In this document: positions 55,176 to 55,448 of the stretch, piece by piece | Layout: each line of letters opens with the position of its first letter | Position numbering within the stretch: position 1 is the stretch's first letter | Assembly: GCA_018303125.1 (NCBI GenBank) | Contig: JAGVYS010000004.1 | Location: 1-55,448, forward strand | DNA length: 55,448 nucleotides | Direction of reading: 5' to 3' | From: Candidatus Woesearchaeota archaeon | GTDB taxonomy: Archaea; Nanobdellota; Nanobdellia; Woesearchaeales; WJIZ01 | Position numbers and translations under genes: made by a program | Notes under the pieces: generated by a model | Database searches by the model: none | Seen by the model: only the letters and a program-made list of their open reading frames with translations | Told to the model about the DNA's origin: nothing

Positions 55176-55448
55176 CTAAATACCATAATTAGTTTCTTAG
55201 TAGTGATAACAGATGCAAAAATTTTAAATAAGCTGTGTTAAACCAGAGCTATAGGGCATTCAGTGCTTTGCATTAAAATGGTATATACCTGAGGCATAAC
55301 ATGAACATATACCAAAAAATCGGAGTGAAACTCTCCAGCCTTACGGCTGAAGCCTCTTCTTAAAGTCATTTTCCTCTTTGATGCCTTCGGCATGATGAGG
55401 ATTCTCGGAACATAAGCTTTTCCCCCTTCGGGGTCGGCTAAAATCCTT

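Noticed and set aside
1-55448. CRISPR array, cas genes, rRNA, integrase or prophage genes
   Set aside because: No regularly spaced 25-45 bp repeats and no recognisable cas, rRNA or phage structural genes were seen.
1-55448. Stop-codon reassignment
   Set aside because: TGA ends glyA, eL24 and gltX; TAG ends tuf and the phosphomutase; TAA ends many genes. Conserved genes are uninterrupted under code 11.
55176-55448. Partial gene or RNA at the right edge (CCCC-TTC-GGGG hairpin near 55423-55433)
   Set aside because: No frame gives a recognisable protein and the feature is cut by the window edge.

Overview
A 55.4 kb chromosomal segment of a DPANN archaeon, most consistent with Woesearchaeota. 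The informational genes are archaeal (EF-2, EF-1alpha, uS10, eS8, eS28, eL24, L7Ae, GluRS, Sua5, tRNA-Ser(GGA)), while several metabolic genes look bacterial (GlyA, PurH, PurN, FolD, PurA, Adk, LspA). Standard code 11 fits: TAA, TAG and TGA all end conserved genes. Four mobile elements are present: an IS1-family element with 12-bp terminal inverted repeats and a -1 frameshift, an IS91-like Y2 HUH transposase, a TnpA-only IS200/IS605 element that splits a small membrane-protein gene, and a ~195-bp IS481-like non-autonomous element with a 15-bp target duplication. The best candidate for something undescribed is a ~205-nt intergenic segment (27946-28151) that folds by eye into a multi-branched RNA with two pseudoknot-type pairings, sits in an AT-rich island and lies just upstream of an MNT-HEPN pair. 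Other notable items are a tandem K-turn hairpin in the l7ae leader, a short-alpha3 histone-fold gene, a methylthiotransferase paralog lacking auxiliary-cluster Cys residues, an Eda-like aldolase with insertions, an archaeal LspA with several lipobox proteins, and a large metal-site TIM-barrel protein in an uncharacterised gene block. All assignments come from reading motifs by eye; no database search or folding program was run. Four small genes missing from the ORF track were found by hand (Zn ribbon, eL24, RHH regulator, IS-split membrane protein).
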